Source of the DNA: Promethearchaeota archaeon
GTDB lineage: Archaea; Asgardarchaeota; Hermodarchaeia; Hermodarchaeales; Hermodarchaeaceae
Length of the DNA: 64,000 bases
NCBI GenBank assembly: GCA_048938385.1
Contig: JBHLMG010000001.1
Span: 12,153 to 76,152, forward strand
Reading direction: 5' to 3'
Within the stretch, counting starts at the first letter, position 1. The number at the start of each line of letters is the position of its first letter. Below, in pieces: positions 43,463 through 52,987 of this stretch. The position numbers were made by a program, and so were the translations under genes. The notes beneath the pieces are model-generated. The model was not told the DNA's origin. It did no database searches and was given only the letters and a program-made list of their open reading frames with translations.

Positions 43463-44270
43463 TCGAAAATAGCATCTTTTGCATTATCTTTGAGAGTCCA
43501 AACTGAAAAACAGGTAAGATTAAGATAAGAGGGTGTTCTGCTAAACCGCGAATAGCGACACCTAAGAGAATAATTACTGGTAAGAACACCAGCAGTCCCG
43601 AATATACCATCATGCGGCTTTCCCATTGCATCGTAAGCCCTTCGTAATGTCTTTGAAGATTCTCATGGGCATCTAGAATCACAGTGTCCAAGCTATCATT
43701 AGAGGCTTCAACCAATTGTACAAAAGCTAATAATCCCCTTCGAAGAGTAATTGAAGGCTGACTGTAGGCGAAGTTCATGAGAAGCTGTTCGGGCGCAACT
43801 CCTTGATTTAAGGACGAAATCATTTTTAAAAACGCAGTTGAAATTTGATCATATTCGCCTCTTGATACATATTGAATTGATTCAAACACTGATCCTGTCG
43901 CAAGAAAAATCGTAGCTAGCTCTTCTAAAACATATGGCGTGTGTTTTGCAATCTGAGTTAATATTCGATTGTATTCTGATGATATAGAATTAGTAAGAAG
44001 TAAACCGCTCATTGAGGCGATTGTGACCCCCAAAATCATAGCACTAATTGAGTTGACAAGGAAATTCAACAAAAGGGTTGTTAAGCCAAAAATTGTGACG
44101 CTAAAGAATAGAACCCCTCCTAAGATGTGCTCGGGTTGAACAGTGTCATGGTACAGGAAGTTTACTGCTTTCTTAAATTCTAAGGAGACGAAATGTTTAC
44201 CTACAAGCCGTGAACCTGGAACGCCTTTTCCAATTTTAGCTAGTAATGGTATGTAACCCAACAGTCTCAC
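43437..44270 (-). CDS. TadB/FlaJ-like type II secretion system F-domain membrane protein
   Basis: ORF track, 277 aa. TM-helical bundle-TM layout. Overlaps both neighbours (operon). Confidence 0.6.
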   Translation of the reverse strand: MRLLGYIPLLAKIGKGVPGSRLVGKHFVSLEFKKAVNFLYHDTVQPEHILGGVLFFSVTIFGLTTLLLNFLVNSISAMILGVTIASMSGLLLTNSISSEYNRILTQIAKHTPYVLEELATIFLATGSVFESIQYVSRGEYDQISTAFLKMISSLNQGVAPEQLLMNFAYSQPSITLRRGLLAFVQLVEASNDSLDTVILDAHENLQRHYEGLTMQWESRMMVYSGLLVFLPVIILLGVAIRGLAEHPLILILPVFQFGLSKIMQKMLFSNELILLGE

Positions 44271-46302
44271 TCCTACTTACAGGTTTTTTTCGTTGAGATT
44301 GAGAAGATAACTCGTTTTGGGGGAACAGGCTTGCATGGGCGGTATCAAATGTAGATACAATCACGCTGGGGTTCAATTGTTTACTTGAGACAAGACGATG
44401 GAGAGTCTTCTCATAAGTCTGATAGAGTCTAAGAATTACCATTTCTGATATCGATTGGAACTGACAGGATCGGGTAATCAGGGGGGTTATGACATCGCGT
44501 TCTTTATGTTCTAGTTGTTTGGAAGCTTTGTTCCATTCAAACAGCGTTCTCAGCGTTGTCTCTCCTTCTGCAAAAGACACTTCACTTATCTGAGCGACTC
44601 GACGAATAATTTGCCCTCGAAAATTCTCCTTGACCATATGAATCAGTAATCCAAGACCTTGAAAGCAAACCTCAGGGATGTTGTGATGAATGCGCCATCG
44701 TAATAAAAGCTCAGCATTCGAATTAGCATGACATGTTTGGATACCTTTTATTCCCGCACTTAGAGCATGGAACATTGCTGAACTGTGTTCAGCGGTTTGG
44801 AGTTCACCCAGGAAAACCCAATCAGGTGATCGATGTAATAATCGAATAATTTCATTTGATTTTGTTAATCGACTATTCTCAGTAGAGTCGAAAGGATCAA
44901 CCTTGAAGATTACTTTATGTCTTCCTTCTTCATTCACAGTTACGCTTTCTAATGCATCCTCAATGGCAATTCTTCGCCAACTAGGTGGGGCTACCAAATT
45001 AATTGCATTCGCCATGGTTGTTTTTCCAGTGGCAGGTTCACCACAAATTGTGATGTTGATACGAAGCGACATGCAGAGGATTAGAAAGGCTGCAGCTTGT
45101 AAAGAAATGGTCCCATTAATTATGAGTTCAGGCAAAGTTAGTGTTCGCATTCGAATCTTCCGAATATTCAAATGAGAACCACCATGAGCTAAAGGAGGAA
45201 TATCGATTGCAGCCCTTACATGAAATAGGCTCGTTTTCAATTCAGTTTTTAAAGAAGGGGTTTTTTCATCCAGAGGCTTCCGGCTTTCAAGGCGTAGTCG
45301 AGTTATAATGTGGGATAACTCCGAATGCGAAGGGGCTAGATTACTTTTACAGCGCCCCCATCGAGCATGATCAAGATAATAAGCACTCTCAGGGCTATCC
45401 AGATACACTTCTTGAACTTCATCGTCAAGTAAAAGTGGCATTGTTTTTGTGAAATTAAGGCTTTGAGCCGTAGCATAAATTGCAAACTTGGCTCGGTCTT
45501 CTTCGTTTAATTCCGCAAAATGAGTAGCAATATAATGCTGAAAATCAGCGATCTTCGAATGGATGACTTCATCTAAGGTTTGAAGTCTAAAATCAGAAGA
45601 ATCAACCAAGTTTTGTTTAGAATGAAGCTGCTGGAGTATTCGCGGGGATAAAACATCGTTAAGCGATAATACAACGCGATAATATTTCTCAAGGGGGGCA
45701 TGAGCAAAATCTATTATCTCAACCTTAAATGGACCCACTTCATAGGAGCTTAGAGTGTGATGAGGCGTCTCTACACTATGAAGGGCTAGCTCTGCCTTTG
45801 AAGCTCGTCGTATTTTCAATAGGTTCTCAAAAAGACGAATATTCTGTGTTGGGGTACCGCTCTGGGCGTTTTTTAACTTGGATATTAATGTGGTCTTTTC
45901 GAGTGCTGCTAAGAACTCATGAATAAGGTGTTTATTGCTTGATCGAGATGCGTTTTTCACCGTATTATATGCTGCTAAGGGCGTTGAGTATAACTGTTGT
46001 TTAATGGCAGGAAATTGCTTGCTAACTTCGTGTATCCGGTTCTCGAATTGGGATAAAAACGAAGAGTAGTCTTTGAGCATCTCCATAGAGCTGGCTGGGA
46101 TTGTTACTACCTGATGCCTTGTCATAAAGCGGCAAGGAAGAGACTCAGTAGTAAAAGGCATTATTTGGAGGAATTGATGAAGGCAATGAGAGTCTACTGA
46201 CAAGTCCCCTTTGGTTGTCTTATCATAAGGACAAAGATCACAGCTAAAAGTCAAGCTTCTCGAATTGAGACTATCCTCTTCAAGTTGGAATGGACAAACC
46301 AT
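44236..46302 (-). CDS. type II/IV secretion (FlaI/TadA/VirB11-like) ATPase with Cys-rich N-terminus
   Basis: ORF track, 688 aa. Walker A ITICGEPATGKTTMANAI, RIAIEDALE, Walker B-like DWVFLGELQTAEH, His box GIQTCHANS. The N-terminal CPF...CDLCP...HC may bind metal. Confidence 0.8.
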   Translation of the reverse strand: MVCPFQLEEDSLNSRSLTFSCDLCPYDKTTKGDLSVDSHCLHQFLQIMPFTTESLPCRFMTRHQVVTIPASSMEMLKDYSSFLSQFENRIHEVSKQFPAIKQQLYSTPLAAYNTVKNASRSSNKHLIHEFLAALEKTTLISKLKNAQSGTPTQNIRLFENLLKIRRASKAELALHSVETPHHTLSSYEVGPFKVEIIDFAHAPLEKYYRVVLSLNDVLSPRILQQLHSKQNLVDSSDFRLQTLDEVIHSKIADFQHYIATHFAELNEEDRAKFAIYATAQSLNFTKTMPLLLDDEVQEVYLDSPESAYYLDHARWGRCKSNLAPSHSELSHIITRLRLESRKPLDEKTPSLKTELKTSLFHVRAAIDIPPLAHGGSHLNIRKIRMRTLTLPELIINGTISLQAAAFLILCMSLRINITICGEPATGKTTMANAINLVAPPSWRRIAIEDALESVTVNEEGRHKVIFKVDPFDSTENSRLTKSNEIIRLLHRSPDWVFLGELQTAEHSSAMFHALSAGIKGIQTCHANSNAELLLRWRIHHNIPEVCFQGLGLLIHMVKENFRGQIIRRVAQISEVSFAEGETTLRTLFEWNKASKQLEHKERDVITPLITRSCQFQSISEMVILRLYQTYEKTLHRLVSSKQLNPSVIVSTFDTAHASLFPQNELSSQSQRKKPVSRSETVGLHTITS

Positions 46303-46404
46303 ACTCGCCGTTCAGCTAGTTCAGAAATTGGTATTTAAAGGAAGAAAAATCTCGAAAAATAGGACTTTATATTCTGCATAGTTAGAGTTGAATATGGGAC
46401 CAAG

Positions 46405-46800
46405 TTGAATCAGAGCCTCGAGAAAATTATCATTATCGGATTGAACCTCACACTTCTCGTTACAATTGGAGTTCCACTACTGTTTGCAACTACTCAGGTA
46501 ATTTCTGAAACAGAACACACAGTAGCCTTCCAAAACTTCGTCCAAGAGGTTGATGAAACCATTCTGCTTGCAGACCAGGGACAATCAGTTATAGTGAAAC
46601 AAGTTTTCGTTCCTGTGAATGTATCGATCTTAACTGAAAACACTCAACTCATTTTCAAAATATATCTTGGTTCCTGGCAAATGGCAGCACGAACCTATCG
46701 ATGTCCCCTTCAGTTGTCAAGCCCCACCCAGAGCGGTCTTCACTGGTTGACAGTTAACGCAACTAGTTCATCGATTTCTATTTCCTTTCAACCAATATAG
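46405..46800 (+). CDS. hypothetical protein with N-terminal pilin/FlaF-like hydrophobic helix
   Basis: ORF track, 131 aa (TTG start). LEKIIIIGLNLTLLVTIGVPLLFATT. Divergent from the pilus operon. Confidence 0.4.
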   Translation: MNQSLEKIIIIGLNLTLLVTIGVPLLFATTQVISETEHTVAFQNFVQEVDETILLADQGQSVIVKQVFVPVNVSILTENTQLIFKIYLGSWQMAARTYRCPLQLSSPTQSGLHWLTVNATSSSISISFQPI

Positions 46801-46809
46801 GGTGGACCA

Positions 46810-47052
46810 ATGATCGTATTCCCACTTCTCAAAATCTTACTCTGTTCTTGGATAATTCTGCTAATTATTCAATCAATTAGTCACAATATTCTTACACTCA
46901 CTTTGATCTCAGGAGTGATTGTTACCTCCATACCAATAGCACTAGGGTTTGCCTGGATTAGCGGACCTATTGTGTTTCAAACGGTGTTTCTTTTCACGCT
47001 ATTTGTAATTGCTGTGATACTAATTCATTTAATACAGCTAGGGCTGGGGTAG
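46810..47052 (+). CDS. small polytopic membrane protein
   Basis: ORF track, 80 aa, almost entirely hydrophobic (three TM-like stretches). Confidence 0.35.
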   Translation: MIVFPLLKILLCSWIILLIIQSISHNILTLTLISGVIVTSIPIALGFAWISGPIVFQTVFLFTLFVIAVILIHLIQLGLG

Positions 47053-48042
47053 CATTTGAAAAAGGTGTTTTTTTAGTAATTTCGCGTAATGATCGCGAAC
47101 ACTGTACTCTGCTGCGTTCGTAGCTTTTGAAATCAGGCGTTGAGTGAGAATTGGCCGGCGCTTAGCTATTTTTGCCATGAGAAGGTCAGAGCTGTACACG
47201 ACTGCGACGGCAAAGATGAATGGGTTCCTGCCGCCGCGTGTTTGGGCATCGATTTTACTAAACAACTGGTTAGCATACTTCAACAAGCGTGATTGATACT
47301 CTTCAATGGACAACCCTGCTCGACGAAGCCGTTGCCGTATCGTGGGGTGAAGAACAGTCTGTGACACTATCCGTTGCAGATAATCTTCGCTCTTCCGCTT
47401 GACAGGGGCTAGTGGGAGCTTCTTCTTTACTGAAAGCGCTTGACGAATTATTGAACGGCTAGTGACTCGGTGACCGAGCTTTTGAAACGCATCTGCAATT
47501 TCTTGGAGCGTAATAGGGGCGTTCCCTTTTGACTCACGGACTGCTAGCATTAATCCGTATGCCATCAGGGTCAGATGGCTCGTGATATCGTGATTTTCAA
47601 GGTTCCTATCCATTTTCTGATAATAGTAGGCTGCTCTATCCTTAATACTATCAGGTAAGGAAAGTAGTTCCGCCACTCGACTTAAGGAGCGCAAGGCTCG
47701 ATAGGTCGTCTCGCGCTTTGCGATCCGTAGACGAAGATTATAGTCGAATTTTAGCCTTCGAAACAACCGTTGGCCTCGTGGGGTTAATGGCCTCCCCGTC
47801 TTATCGTGGAAAAAACGGCTGGCTTGGTAATCAATGAAACTCCCCAAACCACCAACCATCACAGCTCTTTGTCCTAGCGCAACATAGGATTTAGCCTGTG
47901 AGGATGAACTTTCCTCCTTATACATCTGGTATGGTGAACTCACTACTTGGCGTTCAAGGACTAAACCACAAGTAGCACACACATACTCACCATTTGTGAG
48001 AATTGCCTTTCCGGGGCATTCGGTGCAGCATAGATTCTCCAT
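47038..48042 (-). CDS. tfb: transcription initiation factor TFB (TFIIB homologue)
   Basis: ORF track, 334 aa. N-terminal Zn ribbon CTECPGKAILTNGEYVCATCG followed by two cyclin-fold-length repeats. Rather divergent. Confidence 0.8.
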   Translation of the reverse strand: MENLCCTECPGKAILTNGEYVCATCGLVLERQVVSSPYQMYKEESSSSQAKSYVALGQRAVMVGGLGSFIDYQASRFFHDKTGRPLTPRGQRLFRRLKFDYNLRLRIAKRETTYRALRSLSRVAELLSLPDSIKDRAAYYYQKMDRNLENHDITSHLTLMAYGLMLAVRESKGNAPITLQEIADAFQKLGHRVTSRSIIRQALSVKKKLPLAPVKRKSEDYLQRIVSQTVLHPTIRQRLRRAGLSIEEYQSRLLKYANQLFSKIDAQTRGGRNPFIFAVAVVYSSDLLMAKIAKRRPILTQRLISKATNAAEYSVRDHYAKLLKKHLFQMLPQP

Positions 48043-48052
48043 CTTCCTATCA

Positions 48053-48077
48053 CTTCAGGCGGCTCTACTTCCTGAAG
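48053..48077 (-). promoter_or_regulatory. 7-bp hairpin in the TFB 5' leader
   Basis: CTTCAGG-11 nt-CCTGAAG, read directly. On the minus strand it ends 10 nt upstream of the TFB AUG. Confidence 0.25.
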
Positions 48078-48269
48078 CGAAACCGCTCTTAACCTGACTT
48101 TTGGCACAACAGCGTCTGCCCTAGCATACGCTCTGTACGCAACAGCGGACCTCTACCTATCCTGTAACTGACAACAAGTCCATTGAGAGACACGATGCTG
48201 AAACTATTAACAAAGTATAAAAACGGATGAACAATCACTACACCAAGCAGAAATTAGGAGGAAAATCGT

Positions 48270-48719
48270 ATGGCACAAAGCACCGGGGCTCGGTACTTCT
48301 TCAAAGAACTAGCCTCTTTAATCGGCGCTACCGTCCTTGTAAGTACTAATACCGGAAAGACTCTCACAGGTAAGATGAGAGGCTACGATCCCACTACATT
48401 AAGTGTTGTCTTGTCTGATGCACAGGATAACAAGGGAACCATATATCATCGAATTGTTGTTACTGGACATACAATTTTAGAATTGGTTAAAACGGAAGAT
48501 CCGTTTGACTTGAAAGGGTTAGCCGAGCAATTAGAAACCCTTTTTCCGCCTGGTGAAGTTCGATTTCTTGAGGATGCACGCGTTATCGTGGTCTTAAATA
48601 AAGTTCGAGTTACTGAACAAGGAGTAGAAGGAACAGGACCCCTCGCAGATCGAATACGGAAAGTGTACGCCCGTTTTGTCGAAGAACAAAAGGAGAAGAG
48701 CGAGGAAACGTCCTCTTGA
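48270..48719 (+). CDS. Sm-like (LSm) protein with C-terminal extension
   Basis: ORF track, 149 aa. LASLIGATVLVSTNTGKTLTGKMRGYDPTTLSVVLSDA...IVVTGHTILEL fits the Sm1/Sm2 spacing, followed by an extra ~70-aa domain. Confidence 0.6.
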   Translation: MAQSTGARYFFKELASLIGATVLVSTNTGKTLTGKMRGYDPTTLSVVLSDAQDNKGTIYHRIVVTGHTILELVKTEDPFDLKGLAEQLETLFPPGEVRFLEDARVIVVLNKVRVTEQGVEGTGPLADRIRKVYARFVEEQKEKSEETSS

Positions 48720-48735
48720 ACACCTTATCTTTGCT

Positions 48736-50331
48736 ATGATCGAGATTCTGCATAAAGACTTGCTTGCGCGTATAGCTAGATTTCAAACCAAGACAAGCAC
48801 AATTGAAACGCCTGCGTTCGTTCCGGTAGTTCATCCTATTAAGGAATTAATTTCACCCCGAAGGATGCATGATGAATTTAACTGCAAAATTATCATCACG
48901 AATGCATATCTACTTTCAAAAGCTGGAAAAGAAGAACCGATTCATGCATTGCTAGATTATCCAGGCACTATCATGACTGACTCCGGTGCTTATCAGCTTC
49001 TTATTTACGGGGGGGTTGATACAACACCAACTCAGATTATCGAATACCAAGAGAAAATTGAATCTGATATAGCTGTTATCTTAGATGTTCCTACAGGAGG
49101 TTATGCTTCATACTCTAAGGCTCAAGATACGGTCAATGAAACCTTACGAAGGGCCAAAGAATCAGTTTCACACCGGACAAAATCTGATATCTTATGGGTA
49201 GGACCAATACAGGGTGGAATTTACCCCGATTTAGTTGAGAATGCAGCCCAAGAAATTACCAAACTAGATTTTCCTCTTGTCGCCATAGGAAGCCCAACGC
49301 AGCTAATGGAACAGTACCATTTTGATAAACTCATTGATCTCATAATGGCTGCAAAAAGTAACATACCTACGAACAAACCAGTACATCTTTTTGGAGCAGG
49401 TCATCCACTCATCTTCCCATTGATTGTCGCTTTAGGATGTGATCTATTCGATTCTGCTGCTTACGCGTTATTCGCTCAACATGATCGAATACTTTCTCCA
49501 GAAGGCACCTATCGGTTGCAGGATCTTCGTGAACAATTCTGTTTCTGCCCCGTTTGTAGAAAATACACAATTCGTGAAGTTAAACAACTTCCCAAGCAGG
49601 AACGCATTCAAGCCCTTGCTGAACATAATTTGTGGGTCTGCCAACACGAAATCAATCGAGTCAAACAAGCCATTCGTGAAGGCCGACTTTGGCGGCTTAT
49701 TGAAATTCGTCTAAATAGTCATCCAGCGTTAATTGATGCCATGCACACGATGGTAAAATATCATCAAAACATTGAGCGCTCTTCTCCGATAACTAAAAAA
49801 CGCGCAATTTTCATAACTAGTCGTTGGTCCCTCTTTCAACCTGAAATAGTGCGACATACGCTTCGTATGCGTTCTTATACGCCACCTCCATCAAAACACG
49901 ACGCGTTATTACTATTTTCGGCTCCACAGACACGTCCTCATCACACGGCCAAAGAATTTGAACGGTTTGTTAAACTATTTCATGAAAGCTCTCAAAGAAA
50001 ACAACGCCATTTTGACATAATCTTCATCTCGCCCTTTTTCGGGTTAGTTCCATATGAACTAAGTACTATCTATCCGCTCGCTCAAAACGAACTCCCCCAG
50101 GAAGCGATAACAGAAAATCAAATTCTAGTAATTAGAGAGCTGGAGCAATATATTAAACGAAATCAACAATACAATCGACTTTTTGGGATTTTTGAATCAA
50201 CGGACTACTGGCAGAAGTTTACCCGCCTCTGTGAGCAATTACTAAAAAAATCAAAGAAACCTATTTCGTTGTTCCATACAGACTTCTCAACTCAAAGCCT
50301 GAAACAACTAATTACCAAACTGAGTGAATAA
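48736..50331 (+). CDS. tgtA: archaeosine tRNA-guanine transglycosylase
   Basis: MIEILHKDLLARIARFQTKTSTIETPAFVPVVHP, MTDSGAYQ, LDVPT, LFGAGHP, zinc site CFCPVCRKY...H. I prefer ATG 48736; the track start 48676 overlaps the Sm-like gene. Confidence 0.85.
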   Translation: MIEILHKDLLARIARFQTKTSTIETPAFVPVVHPIKELISPRRMHDEFNCKIIITNAYLLSKAGKEEPIHALLDYPGTIMTDSGAYQLLIYGGVDTTPTQIIEYQEKIESDIAVILDVPTGGYASYSKAQDTVNETLRRAKESVSHRTKSDILWVGPIQGGIYPDLVENAAQEITKLDFPLVAIGSPTQLMEQYHFDKLIDLIMAAKSNIPTNKPVHLFGAGHPLIFPLIVALGCDLFDSAAYALFAQHDRILSPEGTYRLQDLREQFCFCPVCRKYTIREVKQLPKQERIQALAEHNLWVCQHEINRVKQAIREGRLWRLIEIRLNSHPALIDAMHTMVKYHQNIERSSPITKKRAIFITSRWSLFQPEIVRHTLRMRSYTPPPSKHDALLLFSAPQTRPHHTAKEFERFVKLFHESSQRKQRHFDIIFISPFFGLVPYELSTIYPLAQNELPQEAITENQILVIRELEQYIKRNQQYNRLFGIFESTDYWQKFTRLCEQLLKKSKKPISLFHTDFSTQSLKQLITKLSE

Positions 50332-50369
50332 GCTAGCAATATGCACTTCACCAGCGACACTATCAGAAA

Positions 50370-50477
50370 TGGTGCCGCGTCGGGGATTTTCATCTGCAGG
50401 GTAAACCCCCAAAGAATTTGAACCCCGGTCCTAAGGTCGAGAGCCTCAGATGATTGACCTGGCTACACTAACGCGGC
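50370..50477 (-). tRNA. tRNA-Glu(CTC) with ~30-nt intron in the T-loop, CCA encoded
   Basis: Hand fold. Acceptor GCCGCGT/ACGCGGC. D region GTGTAGCCAGGTCAATCAT (typical Glu/Gln type). Anticodon arm TGAGG-CTCTCGA-CCTTA. T arm CGGGG-TTCAAAT[TCTTTGGGGGTTTACCCTGCAGATGAAAAT]CCCCG (intron ~50388-50417, junction slides up to 4 nt). Confidence 0.8.
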
Positions 50478-50628
50478 TTTGAGGAATGTGTCCAAGCATC
50501 GGTTTTTTAAACTTTCTACCATGCCTCTTTATAAGCACCTATTCGGTTTCAAACCTACAAAAGCCTAATAGGCTACAAAAAGAATCACGACCGAATTCAA
50601 AATTTACTATACACTGGAGGATAATACG

Positions 50629-50838
50629 GTGGGTAAAGTCAGAACCGTCCTTGTAAAACGGCTAGCACGAGAGTTAGTAGAGAGATACGCAGATAGTTTT
50701 TCAAAGGAATTTGATCATAACAAGGAGCTTGTTGACGAGCTCCTTACAAATACCACGAAACGACTTCGGAACCGAATCGCTGGTTACATCACGCGTCTAA
50801 TGGTTCTTCGTGAGCATGAAGATGTAATTATTACATAG
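50629..50838 (+). CDS. rps17e: ribosomal protein eS17
   Basis: ORF track, 69 aa (GTG start). GKVRTVLVKRLARELVERY...TKRLRNRIAGYITRL is the eS17 signature. Confidence 0.88.
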   Translation: MGKVRTVLVKRLARELVERYADSFSKEFDHNKELVDELLTNTTKRLRNRIAGYITRLMVLREHEDVIIT

Positions 50839-50855
50839 TCATTTTTGACCAAGAC

Positions 50856-51767
50856 ATGAATCGTGGGTGCGATCAGATTCGAAACGAACCTCTGGAGCCT
50901 ACCTTGATGGGTATCACTATCAAAACTCCAAAGCTAGAAATGGAAATAAGACTCGTTTCGATTGATTCTCTATACATACACGAAGAAACAATCCCTGATG
51001 CGCTCGAACAGCTTAAGCAAGAATTAGGCGCTGAACAAGTTCTTCGGCATCCAATGATTGTGGATTCAAAAACCCTTGTTGTTCTTGATGGGATGCATCG
51101 GGTTGCTGCATTAAGAGACCTGGGGTGTAGGTTGGCTCCGGTTTGCCTTGTTGATTATCAAAACGCATCCATTCAACTATTCGCTTGGTACCGTGAATTT
51201 GAAGGCAAGTGTCCGCTCCCTGTGTTCGCCAATTCTTTATCAGAGCAACTCTCTTTGGAGTTGCGTAAAACTTCTACAGATGATGCAATTGCACTTGTGA
51301 ATTCTAGAAGTGCTATCGCGGCTCTAGCCTTGGGTAATCAAGCGTTTTTACTCACAATGTCAAAATACAAACCAATTAAAGAAGTCTATGACCAAATATC
51401 TAGGATCGAATCATTCGCTAAACAATCAGGTTATCAGATTCATTATAGCACTAAATTGGATGCACTCAAGAACATTCGTAACAAAATCCGAACTGGTCTA
51501 ATAGTCCCTGCCCTCTCCAAGGAAGAAGTGATTGAGTGCGCATTAAATCAAGAGCTATTCACACAAAAAGCTACACGCCATGTTGTACCAGCACGACCCC
51601 TGTTCGTAAATGTCCCGCTTCCGTGGCTAAAATCCATTGACATTAACAAAGCAAATCAGAAGCTGGTAGATTATCTGAATAAAAAGCAGATAGTAGAACA
51701 AGATCCAGGAATTATCATCAACGGAAGGCGATACGAAGAGCGCGCCTACATATTCACAGACCCTTAA
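50856..51767 (+). CDS. ParB/sulfiredoxin-fold (ParB N-terminal domain) protein
   Basis: ORF track, 303 aa. VSIDSLYIHEETIP...HPMIVDSKTLVVLDGMHRVAALRDLG carries the ParBc DGxHR motif. The start may be an internal ATG. Confidence 0.65.
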   Translation: MNRGCDQIRNEPLEPTLMGITIKTPKLEMEIRLVSIDSLYIHEETIPDALEQLKQELGAEQVLRHPMIVDSKTLVVLDGMHRVAALRDLGCRLAPVCLVDYQNASIQLFAWYREFEGKCPLPVFANSLSEQLSLELRKTSTDDAIALVNSRSAIAALALGNQAFLLTMSKYKPIKEVYDQISRIESFAKQSGYQIHYSTKLDALKNIRNKIRTGLIVPALSKEEVIECALNQELFTQKATRHVVPARPLFVNVPLPWLKSIDINKANQKLVDYLNKKQIVEQDPGIIINGRRYEERAYIFTDP

Positions 51768-51897
51768 ACGAAATCAGTTCGCCCCGTTGGTCGTACCTCG
51801 GTTTTAGTAAAAAAGGACCACAACCCAAAGCTCTGAATTGTCACCCCAAACTTGAAAATTAACAAGCTTATGTACCATTTCATAACGAAATTTTTGA

Positions 51898-52896
51898 TTG
51901 CTGATGTCCTCATCCACAATGCAAGAGCATATCTCAATTCTAATACATGGATTGAATAATCGCGGTATCGATTTCGTCGTATCTGATGCGGCACTAGGCT
52001 GCTCATTAACTGAGGTATACATTACCCAAGCTCAAGAGCTAATCCTGTTTCCGCAAAACAGAATCGATACCCCAACTCTTCAATTGATATTAGAGGTTCG
52101 GACGCCTCTCAAGGTTCGGTTGACATTCTTTTCTCATGATGTGCCAAGCTTCAAGGCTAATCTAACGCGCGCAATTTCTGCAGTCCAAGACAATGGCTTA
52201 GAAATTCCCAATATTGAAAATACAATTTTTGTCCACGAATTAACTGAGCACAACATCTATCGGCTACTTGATTCGTTGGAAAATTACGCCACGCTCAGGA
52301 CCAATGACACCTCGCGTCCTCCTCTTCAGTCAGCATTACCCTCCCAAAGGGAAAGTGTTGCCCACTCTCCGGCGGCATTAGAAAATTTCCATCTGCACCT
52401 CCGAAGGGCAATCAAAACCTATTGGACGGAACGCTACTTCGCAAGATACCTCAATACGCCAATAGAAAATATGAAAAAAATCGCTTCAAGATTAGGTATT
52501 CAACAAGAAACTTGTGGTCAGGAAACGCTATATTTTTTTGAGAGGGCTAAAGCCTTGAGAACCTATTTTTCTCACATCATCAAGGGCATCTTGGCTGAAC
52601 TCAATCTTCAATATCGCGAAACATTAACTCAGGGATTCTATGTCCTTGATCTCAAATTAGGGATCTACTTTTTCGATGGAGAAATAGACCAATTGCGAAT
52701 TTTGGCAGGGGAGTACAAAAACAACCACGAATTAATTATCGTCGTCCCCGAAGCACTACGAAGAAAGATTGGCCAAATCCAAGAACGCTTCTTCCAAGTT
52801 TTACCGCTAAATCAGGATAAAATAAAGACTCTGCTCATTCGGACTATTCAACAACGAATTCAATACCTTCCTGCCCATTCCTCAGGTATTAAATAA
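51898..52896 (+). CDS. hypothetical protein
   Basis: ORF track, 332 aa (TTG 51898; ATG 51904 is an alternative). No motif recognised. Confidence 0.5.
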   Translation: MLMSSSTMQEHISILIHGLNNRGIDFVVSDAALGCSLTEVYITQAQELILFPQNRIDTPTLQLILEVRTPLKVRLTFFSHDVPSFKANLTRAISAVQDNGLEIPNIENTIFVHELTEHNIYRLLDSLENYATLRTNDTSRPPLQSALPSQRESVAHSPAALENFHLHLRRAIKTYWTERYFARYLNTPIENMKKIASRLGIQQETCGQETLYFFERAKALRTYFSHIIKGILAELNLQYRETLTQGFYVLDLKLGIYFFDGEIDQLRILAGEYKNNHELIIVVPEALRRKIGQIQERFFQVLPLNQDKIKTLLIRTIQQRIQYLPAHSSGIK

Positions 52897-52987
52897 CTTG
52901 AATGAAGTGTTCTATCAAGAAAGCAAACACTGACATAAAGTTTAAATCCAATCTTCCGGAAGCCTTAACGCCCTGTAGGGACTTGCC

